Assembly (NCBI GenBank): GCA_038227875.1
Contig: JBBRPR010000045.1
Location: 1-64,000, forward strand
Length of the DNA: 64,000 nucleotides
Source: Planctomycetota bacterium
Lineage (GTDB): Bacteria; Planctomycetota; SZUA-567; H5-PLA8
Direction: 5' to 3'
Positions 1 to 11,595 of this stretch are shown in pieces; position 1 is the first letter of the stretch, and every line of letters starts with the position of its first letter. A model generated the notes under the pieces. It saw nothing but the letters and a program-made list of their open reading frames with translations, was not told where the DNA came from and searched no databases. The translations under genes were made by a program, and so were the position numbers.

Positions 1-105
1 CCGCCGCTCCGCCGCTATCGTCGCCGGCCGAGCTGGTGAGTGCGACCGACGCCGATAGCGACGGAGCAGCGGGGCTCGAGGGGAGCCCTGTTTTAGGAAA
101 AACTC

Positions 106-621
106 TCATAACGGCTGGTACATAAAACGGGGGCAGGTCATAAAACCTTTGGCGCAAAGAAAACTATCCAAGTCGTCGACGTCGAAGCCAGATGACCCCG
201 GGTACGGACCGTCAGACAGGGTACTGATCGCTCGCAACGTTCCACCTCGCACCGTCATCATGCCCTTGACGACAACAATTTCGCCGATCAAAGACCCAAT
301 GGCCAGGCAGCAGAGAAGAGTGGTCCAACGTTTGGATGTCAACCTCGACAGGAGCGAAAACGCCACACCGCTGAGAAGCAGACTCACAACCACAAGAGTT
401 GTCGCAGCCGCAGCGTCGCCGTCAAACCGTTTGATCTCAATGGCGCAAAGTACGGAAGCGAAAAGGAGCGCAACCAGCAATTCCGAGAGGTAGACATGTT
501 TGCGAGGAATGGATGCAGCCATTTTATCAGCCATTTCGAATAGGCCTGCGGGGATGCCTATTCTGATATTACGAGCGAGGTCAGCCGTCTCTACTTCTTT
601 AGTAATCCACCTCACTGACAA
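106..621 (-). CDS. hypothetical membrane protein
   Basis: ORF with about 3 hydrophobic segments; overlaps the end of the upstream ORF; true start may be internal (MADKM...). Confidence 0.5.
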   Translation of the reverse strand: MSVRWITKEVETADLARNIRIGIPAGLFEMADKMAASIPRKHVYLSELLVALLFASVLCAIEIKRFDGDAAAATTLVVVSLLLSGVAFSLLSRLTSKRWTTLLCCLAIGSLIGEIVVVKGMMTVRGGTLRAISTLSDGPYPGSSGFDVDDLDSFLCAKGFMTCPRFMYQPL

Positions 622-1078
622 ACCGCGTCAAAAATAGCGCGACCACAATGCTGAGCACCCTCATTGTGACAGGGGCCACACTATTTTCGCCACCGTAGTA
701 ATGGTAAACAGGCGAATCCAGGTTCCATAAGATACCGAGACCTCCCACGAGTATCATGAGAAGATAGGTTCGTACTTTACATTTCCTCTTCCCCGCGATC
801 CGCTTTTCACAGGTCGCCGCCACGCAATACAGCACGAAGAGATTGAACACGATGTTAAATGTAAATCGCAGACCGTCATAAGAAGTAGGCGTCCTATGGT
901 AGCCCCCAGTTACGCCATCAAAATAAGTGAAGTCGTAGCTATACATACTCACTGGCCATCCATACAGATAGTATGCAGCGCGACCCACATTCAGCCAGAT
1001 GAGCACACCAGCGGCGACAGTGACCACAAGCATTGTGGACAAGTGAATCTGCCAGTGAGATTGTTTGGTTAAATCCAT
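599..1078 (-). CDS. hypothetical membrane protein
   Basis: Several hydrophobic helices; N-terminal WQIHLSTMLVVTVAAGVLIWLN and a YGWP motif. Confidence 0.65.
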   Translation of the reverse strand: MDLTKQSHWQIHLSTMLVVTVAAGVLIWLNVGRAAYYLYGWPVSMYSYDFTYFDGVTGGYHRTPTSYDGLRFTFNIVFNLFVLYCVAATCEKRIAGKRKCKVRTYLLMILVGGLGILWNLDSPVYHYYGGENSVAPVTMRVLSIVVALFLTRFVSEVDY

Positions 1079-1116
1079 TTCTGTTCAGACTCTCACACCA
1101 CCCCTCGCCACTCCCC

Positions 1117-3561
<2,445 letters not shown>

Positions 3562-3749
3562 AGACGCAACGTGCCACCATAGAATAGTAAACGAAGTCAA
3601 ATATACCGAGAAAAGTCTACGATTAATCGGGCGGTTTTCCAGAAAGAGCTAATTTAAAGCGGGGAACGGAGGCCGATTGCCAACGGCGTCCGCCTTGCAG
3701 CGGTGTATGGAGACGATACTATTGCTGCGCCCTCCGGAGGATTCCCAGG

Positions 3750-4880
3750 ATGTGTCATGTTCGCCGATTCACCATGCTTGCCCTGCTGTCGATGTGCGCG
3801 TTGAACGCCGCCGACGACCCCACTACCACTACCACTACCACTACCACAACTGCTCCCGCCACTCCTGCCACGCCTGCTCCGCCTGCAGCAGAGCCGCCGT
3901 ATCGGCGCGGCGTGAATCTGGCGGGGCCGGAATTCGGTGACGTGCCCGGCAAACTCCATTTCACCTACACGTACAATAATGAAAACAGTTTCAAGTATTT
4001 CGGCGAGCGCGGTTTCACCGTGATTCGCGTGCCGATCCGCTGGGAGCGCATCCAGACGAAGCTCAACGGCCCGCTCGATCCCGAAAATCTCAAGGAGCTG
4101 AAGCAGAACATCGTCTGGGCGAAGAAATACAACTCCACGGTGGTGATCGACGTCCACAACTACTGCCGCTACAGCCAGGAGATCAATGGCAAGCGCGTCG
4201 GCGCGTTGATCGACGCGGAAGTGGACGGCAAGGTGCTCGTCTCGTCGGCCGATTTCGCGGACCTGTGGACGAAGCTTTCGACGGAATTCAAAGACGAGCC
4301 GGGCGTGTACGGCTACGGCTTGATGAACGAACCGAACAACATGGGCAATTCGGACTGGAAGGCGATCTCCAACGCCGCTGTCAAAGCGATTCGCGACAAC
4401 AAGGACACCAAGCTGATTCTCGTCGGCGGAAACCACTGGTCGAACGCGGCCAATTGGGAAGGCATTAACGGTCCGACCAGCTGGGTGAACGACAGCGCCA
4501 ATCATTTTCTCTATGAAGCGCACTGCTACTTCGATCACGACAACAGCGGCAGCTACAAAAAGAGTTACGCCGACGAACTGGCGGCCAACCCGAAGCTCGA
4601 GATGCTCGGCGCCGAGCGGCTGGCCGGGTTCATCGCGTGGTGCAAGAAAAACAACGTCAAAGGTTTCCTCGGCGAATTCGCCGCGCCGCGCGACGATCCG
4701 CGCTGGAACGTGGTGCTGGAACACTTCATGGACGCGCTCGACGAAGCCGAATTCGGCGGCACCTACTGGGCAGCAGGCACCTTCTGGGGCGATTACCCGA
4801 TGACGCTGCAGCCGGCCGATAATTTCAAAACCGATCGTCCGCAGATGCAGGTGATGCTGAAACATCTCGGGAAAAAATGA
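3750..4880 (+). CDS. secreted glycoside hydrolase family 5 (cellulase/endoglucanase-like)
   Basis: Signal peptide, Thr/Pro linker, GVNLAGPEFG, RVPIRWERIQ, IDVHNY, catalytic GLMNEP and FLGEF. Confidence 0.9.
   Translation: MCHVRRFTMLALLSMCALNAADDPTTTTTTTTTTAPATPATPAPPAAEPPYRRGVNLAGPEFGDVPGKLHFTYTYNNENSFKYFGERGFTVIRVPIRWERIQTKLNGPLDPENLKELKQNIVWAKKYNSTVVIDVHNYCRYSQEINGKRVGALIDAEVDGKVLVSSADFADLWTKLSTEFKDEPGVYGYGLMNEPNNMGNSDWKAISNAAVKAIRDNKDTKLILVGGNHWSNAANWEGINGPTSWVNDSANHFLYEAHCYFDHDNSGSYKKSYADELAANPKLEMLGAERLAGFIAWCKKNNVKGFLGEFAAPRDDPRWNVVLEHFMDALDEAEFGGTYWAAGTFWGDYPMTLQPADNFKTDRPQMQVMLKHLGKK
3821..3850 (+). repeat. in-frame hexanucleotide repeat (CACTAC)x4 plus CACAAC encoding a poly-Thr linker
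   Basis: Read directly from the sequence. Confidence 0.9.
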
Positions 4881-4921
4881 GTTGAGCGGTGAGAGTGGTA
4901 AGTTGACGGAGAGCGGCTGCG

Positions 4922-5875
4922 ATGAAATATAAAAAGCTGGGCCGGACGGGTGTGCGCGTGTCGGAACTGTGCCTGGGGTGCATGACCTTCGGCAACGAGG
5001 CCAACGAAGAGCAGTCGGTTGCGATGATGCGGCGCGCGGAGGAAGCGGGAATCAATTTTCTCGACACCGCCAACGTCTACAGCCGTGGGCGCAGCGAGGA
5101 GATCGTCGGCAAGGCGATCGAAGGCCGGCGCGACCGCTTTGTGCTCGCGACAAAAGTCCGCGGGCGGATGGGCGATGGCCCCAACGATGAAGGCGTCTCG
5201 CGTTTCGCCATCTTTCAACAGGCGGAAGCGAGTCTGCGGCGCTTGCGCACCGACCACATCGACCTCTATCAAATCCATTCGTGGGACGCCAACACGCCGC
5301 TCGAAGAATCGCTCGATGCGCTCAACGATCTCGTGCGCTCAGGAAAAGTGCGCTACCTCGGCTGCTCCAACTTCGCCGCATGGCAACTGGCGAAAGCGCT
5401 AGGCCTGAGCGCGCAACAGGGCTGGGCGCGCTTCGACTGCATTCAGCCGCGCTACAATTTGATCGACCGTGTGGTCGAACGCGAACACCTGCCACTGTGT
5501 CTCGACCAGGGCGTCGGCGTGATCAACTACAGCCCGCTGGCCGGCGGAATTCTGACCGGCAAGTACACGCCGGGTCAAGGCGCGCCCGCGGAAAGCCGCG
5601 GCCGTGACAATCCCGGCTTCATGGAAAACCGCGGCAAGCCGCACAATCTTGAACGCGCGCAGGCCGTCGTCCACGCAATGCGCGAGATCACTCATCCGCT
5701 CGTGCAGATCGCCGTGAAGTGGACGCTGGCGCACCCGGCCGTGACCAGCCCGATCATCGGCGCGCGCAACATGGCGCAGCTCAACGGATTTCTGGACGGC
5801 TGGGACCAGTGGGAACTGAGCGCCGAAGACAAGGCGAAACTCGACGACGTCAGTGCGCTGCCGCCGCTGAATTAG
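4922..5875 (+). CDS. aldo/keto reductase
   Basis: LGRTGVRVSELCLGCMTFG, DTANVY, SLRRLRTDHIDLYQIH, YSPLAGGILTGKY. Confidence 0.95.
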   Translation: MKYKKLGRTGVRVSELCLGCMTFGNEANEEQSVAMMRRAEEAGINFLDTANVYSRGRSEEIVGKAIEGRRDRFVLATKVRGRMGDGPNDEGVSRFAIFQQAEASLRRLRTDHIDLYQIHSWDANTPLEESLDALNDLVRSGKVRYLGCSNFAAWQLAKALGLSAQQGWARFDCIQPRYNLIDRVVEREHLPLCLDQGVGVINYSPLAGGILTGKYTPGQGAPAESRGRDNPGFMENRGKPHNLERAQAVVHAMREITHPLVQIAVKWTLAHPAVTSPIIGARNMAQLNGFLDGWDQWELSAEDKAKLDDVSALPPLN

Positions 5876-5878
5876 CGC

Positions 5879-6769
5879 CTACTTTTTCTCCATGAACTTA
5901 TTCTTCTTCAGCCACTCGAGGCATTTCGTCTGCCACTCGGTCCACTCGGGGCCTTTGCCGCAGCCCAGGCCGTGGTCGCCGGTGGGAAGTTCCAGGAATT
6001 CGGCTTCGACGCCCTTGGCTTTCAGCGCGTTGTAGAAGAGCGAGCTGTCTTCCACCGGCACGAGTTTGTCGAGCTTCGAGTGCGCCAGGAACGCCGGCGG
6101 CGTCTGCGCCGTGACCTGCTTTTCGTTGGAGAGCTGATCGATCAGTTCCTGCGTCGGATTCTTTCCCAGCAGATTTTCCCGTGAGCCGGCGTGCGTCTTC
6201 GGTCCCATCGTGATCACCGGATAGACCAGCAGCATGAAATCCGGCCGGCAGCTCACGCGGTCGACCGGATCGGTCGCCGCCGGGTTGCCCGCGTCGTAAT
6301 GCGTGCCCAGAGTGCTCGCGACATGTCCGCCCGCCGAAAAGCCGATGATGCCGATGCGTTGCGGATCGAGCTTCCATTCTGCCGCATGAGAGCGGACGGT
6401 GCGCATCGCGCGCTGAGCGTCCAGTAGCGGCGCGGGATGCTTATAAGGGGCGATGCGGTACTGCAGCACAATGCCCGCCACGCCCTGCTCGTTAAGCCAC
6501 GTGGCGATGTCGTGGCCTTCGTACGACATCATCAGCGCGCCATATCCGCCGCCCGGGCAGATGATCACTGCGGCGCCGTTGGCCTTTTCCGGCGGAGCCA
6601 GATGTACCGTAATCGCTGGCTTGTCCGTCGGTTGCTCGCCGTTTGCGCCGGGCGCGCCTTTCGGCCAGAGCAACTCCGCTTTCGCCTCGCCCGCCGCAAC
6701 CTGCAGACACCACAACGCCATCAAACCGCCGACTAAAATTGTGCAATGCAGAAACGAAGACGGAAGCAT
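5879..6769 (-). CDS. alpha/beta hydrolase (carbohydrate esterase-like)
   Basis: CPGGGY oxyanion motif, GFSAGG nucleophile, D..VP and GDHGLG; N-terminal signal-like segment. Confidence 0.9.
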   Translation of the reverse strand: MLPSSFLHCTILVGGLMALWCLQVAAGEAKAELLWPKGAPGANGEQPTDKPAITVHLAPPEKANGAAVIICPGGGYGALMMSYEGHDIATWLNEQGVAGIVLQYRIAPYKHPAPLLDAQRAMRTVRSHAAEWKLDPQRIGIIGFSAGGHVASTLGTHYDAGNPAATDPVDRVSCRPDFMLLVYPVITMGPKTHAGSRENLLGKNPTQELIDQLSNEKQVTAQTPPAFLAHSKLDKLVPVEDSSLFYNALKAKGVEAEFLELPTGDHGLGCGKGPEWTEWQTKCLEWLKKNKFMEKK

Positions 6770-6842
6770 GGAGAACTCCTGAGTGTTCAAAAAACTGCGC
6801 GAGCCGTGAAATATAAGATGGGAGATTGAGCACTACAACGGA

Positions 6843-6981
6843 AGGACTGGGACAGTAGGACTGAGGGCCGAGGTTACGGCGCATCGCTTCGCTCAGTATT
6901 GACGACCTAGTTCAAATTTGAACTAGCGTGGCCGAAACAAAAACTCACCGCTTACGCGGGGAGTTTTTGTTCCTCAGTCCT
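6843..6981. repeat. dispersed intergenic element, copy 1 (GGACTGA/TCAGTCC ends, internal hairpin)
   Basis: Shares CTGAGGGCCGAGG...TTACGGCGC(A/G)TCGCTTCGCTC and GCGGGGAGTTTTTGTT(C/T)CTCAGTCCT with 27660-27776. Confidence 0.85.
6936..6971 (-). terminator. probable intrinsic terminator within the repeat element
   Basis: Hairpin AACAAAAACTCACCGC-TTAC-GCGGGGAGTTTTTGTT immediately downstream of the 6974 stop codon. Confidence 0.65.
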
Positions 6982-8647
6982 TTCCATTCCCTGGCCAAAC
7001 CAGCGGCGTGTCCTTCCACGGCTGGATGATCTGGTCCTTCACGCCATAGAAAAATTCATGGCCGTGCGCGCGGGGGAAACACCATCCTCGCGAAACGACG
7101 GCGGGATCGTTGCGCATCTCCGTCAGCGTCGCCAGGCGCGTGTTGTCCATGGCGTGAAACCAGTAGCCCAGCATCCCGTCGATCACGACCTCGCCCACCG
7201 GCGTGTCGACCAAGGTCGCGAGGTGGCCACGCAGGCCCATCGAATGCGCCGTCAGCGGAACGTTCAGCACCACGCCGACTTTCTCCGCGAGGAATCCGCC
7301 GAGGCGCGCGGTGTCTCCGCAGAAGCAACCACCCAGGCGTGGAATGGACGCGACGGAGACAATACCGGAGATCGCATGCCACGCCGACGAATGGCGTGTC
7401 ACCAGCGGGTGGTAAATCCACGCTGCGATGGCGCAGAGCGTATCCTGCCAGGCAGGGAATCGTTCCACCAGCGTTCGCACCAGCACGTCGGGCCAGTTGG
7501 GATCGGCCAGATTAAGATGCGCGCGCCCGTCCGGATCCTCGAGGTAAAAATCCGAGGGAGCGCCATCCGGCGTGCCGCGCAAACGGTACGCGGGGATGCG
7601 GCTGAGGACGTACTGCCGAAACTCTTCGACGAACTCCGGCGACTTGGGCGCAGGACGCGGCGCGAGTTTTCCGGCACGCGGGCCGAAACGGTCGCGCACA
7701 ATGATGCCGCAATCGAAACCGAACGGAAATTCCGCCGACCAGAGCGTCGCGCGCGCCGCGTCGAGTACCTCAAGACGAAATCGCGCCGTGTGCAGGAGAT
7801 TGTTCGACCATTTCGCGCGCGGTGAGAAGTAGGCCGGAAGTTTCATGACCACGCGCGAGTCGTCGGACGTCCACGGAACTTCAGCGGCGTACTTTTCATT
7901 GTCGCCGGGAAGAATCGCTTCGATCCGCGCCATGCCGCGCGTCGCCGCGCCTGTGGTCAATGCGCCGCTCAGCCGCAGTTCGTTGATCTCACCCCACATC
8001 GGAGATTGCATTTCCAGCTTGCCCGGCACGAACGCGGGCGCGGGAGTGAAGACATCGCCGAATTGCAGCGGCGTGTCCGCGGCCCATCCCAGCGGCTCCG
8101 GCCAGAGCAGCGGCGGCAGGACGCGGTCGGCGGCGAAGCCGACTTTCAATTCCAATCCCACCGGCGTGTTACCGGCGCGCTTCAATTGTGGCGCGGTCAC
8201 GCGGATGCGCGCGAAATAACGCTGCGCGTCGAGCCGCACAAATTCGCTCTGCACATCGCTCCAGTCCTTCGGCAGCGAGCGGAGCACGTTCTCGCCGTGT
8301 TCCTCGCCGGGCGCGATCCATTCGGCGGATGACTGCAGCGGATGCGTCGCGGAAATCGCAAACATCCAGCGCGTCGCATGATCGTGCGTGGGATTCAGGA
8401 AGCACACGATGTGGTCGGCGAAATACCACTCGGGATGCACGACCGTCGGCTTGGTCGTGGACGGATTCGTCGCGACGACCGCGATTTCAAACGTGTCGCC
8501 GCCCCGTGCAATGCGTATCTCCGCGGCTCTTCCGGAAGGCGACTTCAGCCGCAGCGTTGGCGAGGCGAGCACCTGCTCGGCGGTAAGCGGGCCGGAGATT
8601 TCAGACGCCACCACGCTCTGAACCGAAAGTGCAACTGAATGGCGCAT
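6974..8647 (-). CDS. hypothetical protein with C-terminal transglutaminase-like (Cys-His-Asp) domain
   Basis: AAGGAG RBS before MRHSVAL; GCFCGD...RGHLATLV...VVIDG spacing; N-terminus resembles a sugar-binding beta-sandwich. Confidence 0.7.
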   Translation of the reverse strand: MRHSVALSVQSVVASEISGPLTAEQVLASPTLRLKSPSGRAAEIRIARGGDTFEIAVVATNPSTTKPTVVHPEWYFADHIVCFLNPTHDHATRWMFAISATHPLQSSAEWIAPGEEHGENVLRSLPKDWSDVQSEFVRLDAQRYFARIRVTAPQLKRAGNTPVGLELKVGFAADRVLPPLLWPEPLGWAADTPLQFGDVFTPAPAFVPGKLEMQSPMWGEINELRLSGALTTGAATRGMARIEAILPGDNEKYAAEVPWTSDDSRVVMKLPAYFSPRAKWSNNLLHTARFRLEVLDAARATLWSAEFPFGFDCGIIVRDRFGPRAGKLAPRPAPKSPEFVEEFRQYVLSRIPAYRLRGTPDGAPSDFYLEDPDGRAHLNLADPNWPDVLVRTLVERFPAWQDTLCAIAAWIYHPLVTRHSSAWHAISGIVSVASIPRLGGCFCGDTARLGGFLAEKVGVVLNVPLTAHSMGLRGHLATLVDTPVGEVVIDGMLGYWFHAMDNTRLATLTEMRNDPAVVSRGWCFPRAHGHEFFYGVKDQIIQPWKDTPLVWPGNGKD

Positions 8648-8657
8648 GGGTGTCTCC

Positions 8658-11528
8658 TTAAACAAAGTGCAAGTAGCCAAGCCGCGCGTCGTCGTCCCGG
8701 TATTCGTACCCCTGGCACCAGCCGACTTGCCGGTTGCGCTTCACTGCCGGGTTGGTCAGCACATTCAAGCGCCAATGGTCGCCGCGTTTTGGAGAGCCGC
8801 CCAACTGCGTCCAGGGAATGGTCAGCTCAAAGCGCCAGTTGGATTCTGTGTGCTCGAAATGCATGCCGCAACCTTCGAGCACCATGGGCTTCTCGGAGCC
8901 GCGCTGGAGCGTGCCGCCTTCACCGCGGAAGTAGATCACGTAGTTGAGCAGCTCCGAACCGGGCTTCTGCAGGAAGACGCGCATGAATCCGGTCTGGTTG
9001 ATCGTGCCGCGATTTTTCGTCCACATCTCGTCGCGCACTTTCCAATCGATCCCGTGTTCACGCAGCACCAGCTTCAAGCCTGCATCCGTCTGCGTCGCGC
9101 GGAAGTCGCAGACATCTTCACGGAAGAAATTCTCGCGCCGGAAAAACGATCCCACGTTGTCCCAACTCGGCTGACCCCAGCGGTAGCACTGATCGTGGAC
9201 CAGCGGCAGGAAGCTCTCGTCGCGGCCGAGCGCGTCATCTTTCGGCACGTGAGCCCCGGGCGGATGGATCCATTCCAGTTCCGCCTGGAGATAGTGCCGC
9301 CAGGCCACCACGTTGTCGCGGTACGCTTCCAGGCCGGGCTTCTGCAGAAGTTCGATCGACTTATCCGCTTCCCGCAGCGCTTCGCGCAGCAGCTTGGCGT
9401 TGCGCAGCGCCATGAACTCACCCGGCCGCACCGAAACATACGCGCGGCAGAGCCGCCGGATTTCGTTGTAGCGTTCGTGCGACGCCAGATACGCGCTCAG
9501 CGCGGGAAAGGGCACGCGTTCCCGCTCGTAAGCGATGATCACGTCGAGTGCCGCGGCGTCCTTCGCGGGACTGAACGGGCCGCTGGCGTTCGTGGAGGTG
9601 TAGTGATCGGTCTCGCCAATTCGATCGCCCAGCACGCGGACGGTTTCGAGCATCAGCGCGCGGGCGCGCTTCAAGTGCGTGAACAGTTGCGTCGAGCTCC
9701 GTGCGAAATAGCACGAACTGAGCTCAATGGCGATGCGGATTTCGCGCTCGATGCGTTCGCCATTGCGGACATTGCGGTCCACCTGCTCCAGCGTCGCCGT
9801 GTCGGCCGCGTCTCCGGTAAGTTTCTTGTACGTCGCGGCGGCGGCGCGCGCGGCCTTCACGTGCCGTTGAATCTGCGCGGCCATTGCCGCCGGATTGTTC
9901 ACCGGCTTTTTCTTCACCGCCGGATTGACGTAATCGATCGGCGCCTGCGTATCGTTTTCGACAACCTTGATCGGCTTGTCGCGGACCACCCACGCCTTCC
10001 AAGAAACGTTGTGCGGAATTTCGCCGAGCCTGTTAAGGAACGACATCGGGTAGTAGAAGAACGGCTCCTGATAATGGCTGAAGCGCCCCGGAAACGCGTA
10101 GCCTTCCTGCGCCGAACCGTAACAGAACTGGCGGTACTGCTTGAGGATGATCTGGCTGGATTCCACGATCGCGGTGCGCAGCGCGGCGGCAGCCTTTGTG
10201 TCGCACGAAAACCAGCGCGCGTAGCGTTCGTTCCACGCGGCCGCGTCCGGATTTTCGCCGCGGACGTAATCCACCGCGGCCTGCAAATGTCCCTGATTCA
10301 TTTTCGCATGCGAATGATCACGCGGCGTGTACAGCGCTTCGGTCGCTGCCGCGGGCAGTTGCGGTATCAGCAATTCCGTCGTCGATTGAAAGCTGATCGA
10401 GTCGGCGCCCTTGTCCTGAATACTCTTTAACAGCGCGTGAACGTATTCCGGATCGGTCCACAATTTGGCGCTGATGTTCGTGCCGCAGTTGTGGCAGGGA
10501 CCGACGCTGAACGTGAATTCAATGTCCGGCATCGCCTTCTTCCAGACTTTCACGCGATCATCGGCGACCGGGAAGTAGTAGACGTCATTCGTGTCGTGAC
10601 TCTTGTGAACCAGTCCCTTGGGGCCCTTGTACTTCTTCATCAGGCCCGTCATCCCCGCCACGTCAGAGAATCCCCACAGGCGGAAAAACAGCGTCGGTTT
10701 GCGTTCCATCGCGTTGGCGACCGGCAGCAGCGTCTGCTCCATGTAGTCGATGGCGTTGGGCGCGGATTCGAAATTGATGTACAGCCCGTTGAGTTCCGGC
10801 AGCGTCTCGAAGGTGCGCTGGTAGATGTAGCGGTTGTAATCGTAGATGCGCGGATGATTGAATGCAGCCAGCCGCGTGCCGCTTTCTTTCAGCCCCAACC
10901 CCAGGTGATCGGAGAGCGCCTGCGTGAAATGCGAAACGTAGTGATGAAGGAACGTGCGCAAGCCGTACTTCTGCGCGGTGCCGTAGATCAGTTTCAGCGC
11001 GCGGAAATTCGCCGCGCGCAGTTCGGCCGGATTGTACGTCGCGTGTGGAAAGCCTTCGTAGTCGAGAAAAAATTCGAACGGATGATACCCTGCGTACAGC
11101 ACCAGCCCGTTGAAGTGCCGCCGCGCCAGTTCCTGGCAGAACGCTTCGACGAATTCCGCGGTGTACTCCGTGATCGGCTTGCCGCCGTTGCCGCGCTTGG
11201 AATGGCCGTCGGGAACCTGGAAGCAGATCTCGTGCTTGTAATTGCGCGTCTTGAAGCGCGGCAGCAGCCCGCTCTCGCCTTCAGCGCCTTTCGCGAGTTC
11301 CAGCAGCGCGCCGATGGCGCCCACCGCCGTGTGCGCATGAACCGCAATGCGCCCCGCCGGACGTTCGATGCGGTAACCGTCATCGGTGCGTCCGTTCAGT
11401 GGCAGCAGTTCGAGTTTATCGCTGCCAACACGCAGCGTGCCGCGCGCTTCTTTGGCTCCAGGGATGGTATGAAAGGCCCAGCGAATTCCGTGTGCGGCAG
11501 CTCCAAAACGTTCAGCGATGACGTCCAT
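8658..11528 (-). CDS. hypothetical glycoside hydrolase-like protein with C-terminal CBM9-like domain
   Basis: DDGYRI...GAIGALLEL resembles GH20/GH67 N-terminal domains; WRFELTIPWTQLG...WRLNV resembles CBM9-like ends. Confidence 0.6.
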   Translation of the reverse strand: MDVIAERFGAAAHGIRWAFHTIPGAKEARGTLRVGSDKLELLPLNGRTDDGYRIERPAGRIAVHAHTAVGAIGALLELAKGAEGESGLLPRFKTRNYKHEICFQVPDGHSKRGNGGKPITEYTAEFVEAFCQELARRHFNGLVLYAGYHPFEFFLDYEGFPHATYNPAELRAANFRALKLIYGTAQKYGLRTFLHHYVSHFTQALSDHLGLGLKESGTRLAAFNHPRIYDYNRYIYQRTFETLPELNGLYINFESAPNAIDYMEQTLLPVANAMERKPTLFFRLWGFSDVAGMTGLMKKYKGPKGLVHKSHDTNDVYYFPVADDRVKVWKKAMPDIEFTFSVGPCHNCGTNISAKLWTDPEYVHALLKSIQDKGADSISFQSTTELLIPQLPAAATEALYTPRDHSHAKMNQGHLQAAVDYVRGENPDAAAWNERYARWFSCDTKAAAALRTAIVESSQIILKQYRQFCYGSAQEGYAFPGRFSHYQEPFFYYPMSFLNRLGEIPHNVSWKAWVVRDKPIKVVENDTQAPIDYVNPAVKKKPVNNPAAMAAQIQRHVKAARAAAATYKKLTGDAADTATLEQVDRNVRNGERIEREIRIAIELSSCYFARSSTQLFTHLKRARALMLETVRVLGDRIGETDHYTSTNASGPFSPAKDAAALDVIIAYERERVPFPALSAYLASHERYNEIRRLCRAYVSVRPGEFMALRNAKLLREALREADKSIELLQKPGLEAYRDNVVAWRHYLQAELEWIHPPGAHVPKDDALGRDESFLPLVHDQCYRWGQPSWDNVGSFFRRENFFREDVCDFRATQTDAGLKLVLREHGIDWKVRDEMWTKNRGTINQTGFMRVFLQKPGSELLNYVIYFRGEGGTLQRGSEKPMVLEGCGMHFEHTESNWRFELTIPWTQLGGSPKRGDHWRLNVLTNPAVKRNRQVGWCQGYEYRDDDARLGYLHFV

Positions 11529-11595
11529 GACTCTCCCGGATCGAGTGCACTGATCTTTCCTTTATAGGGCGTCGCCGTGTTTTGGCGCGCCATTT

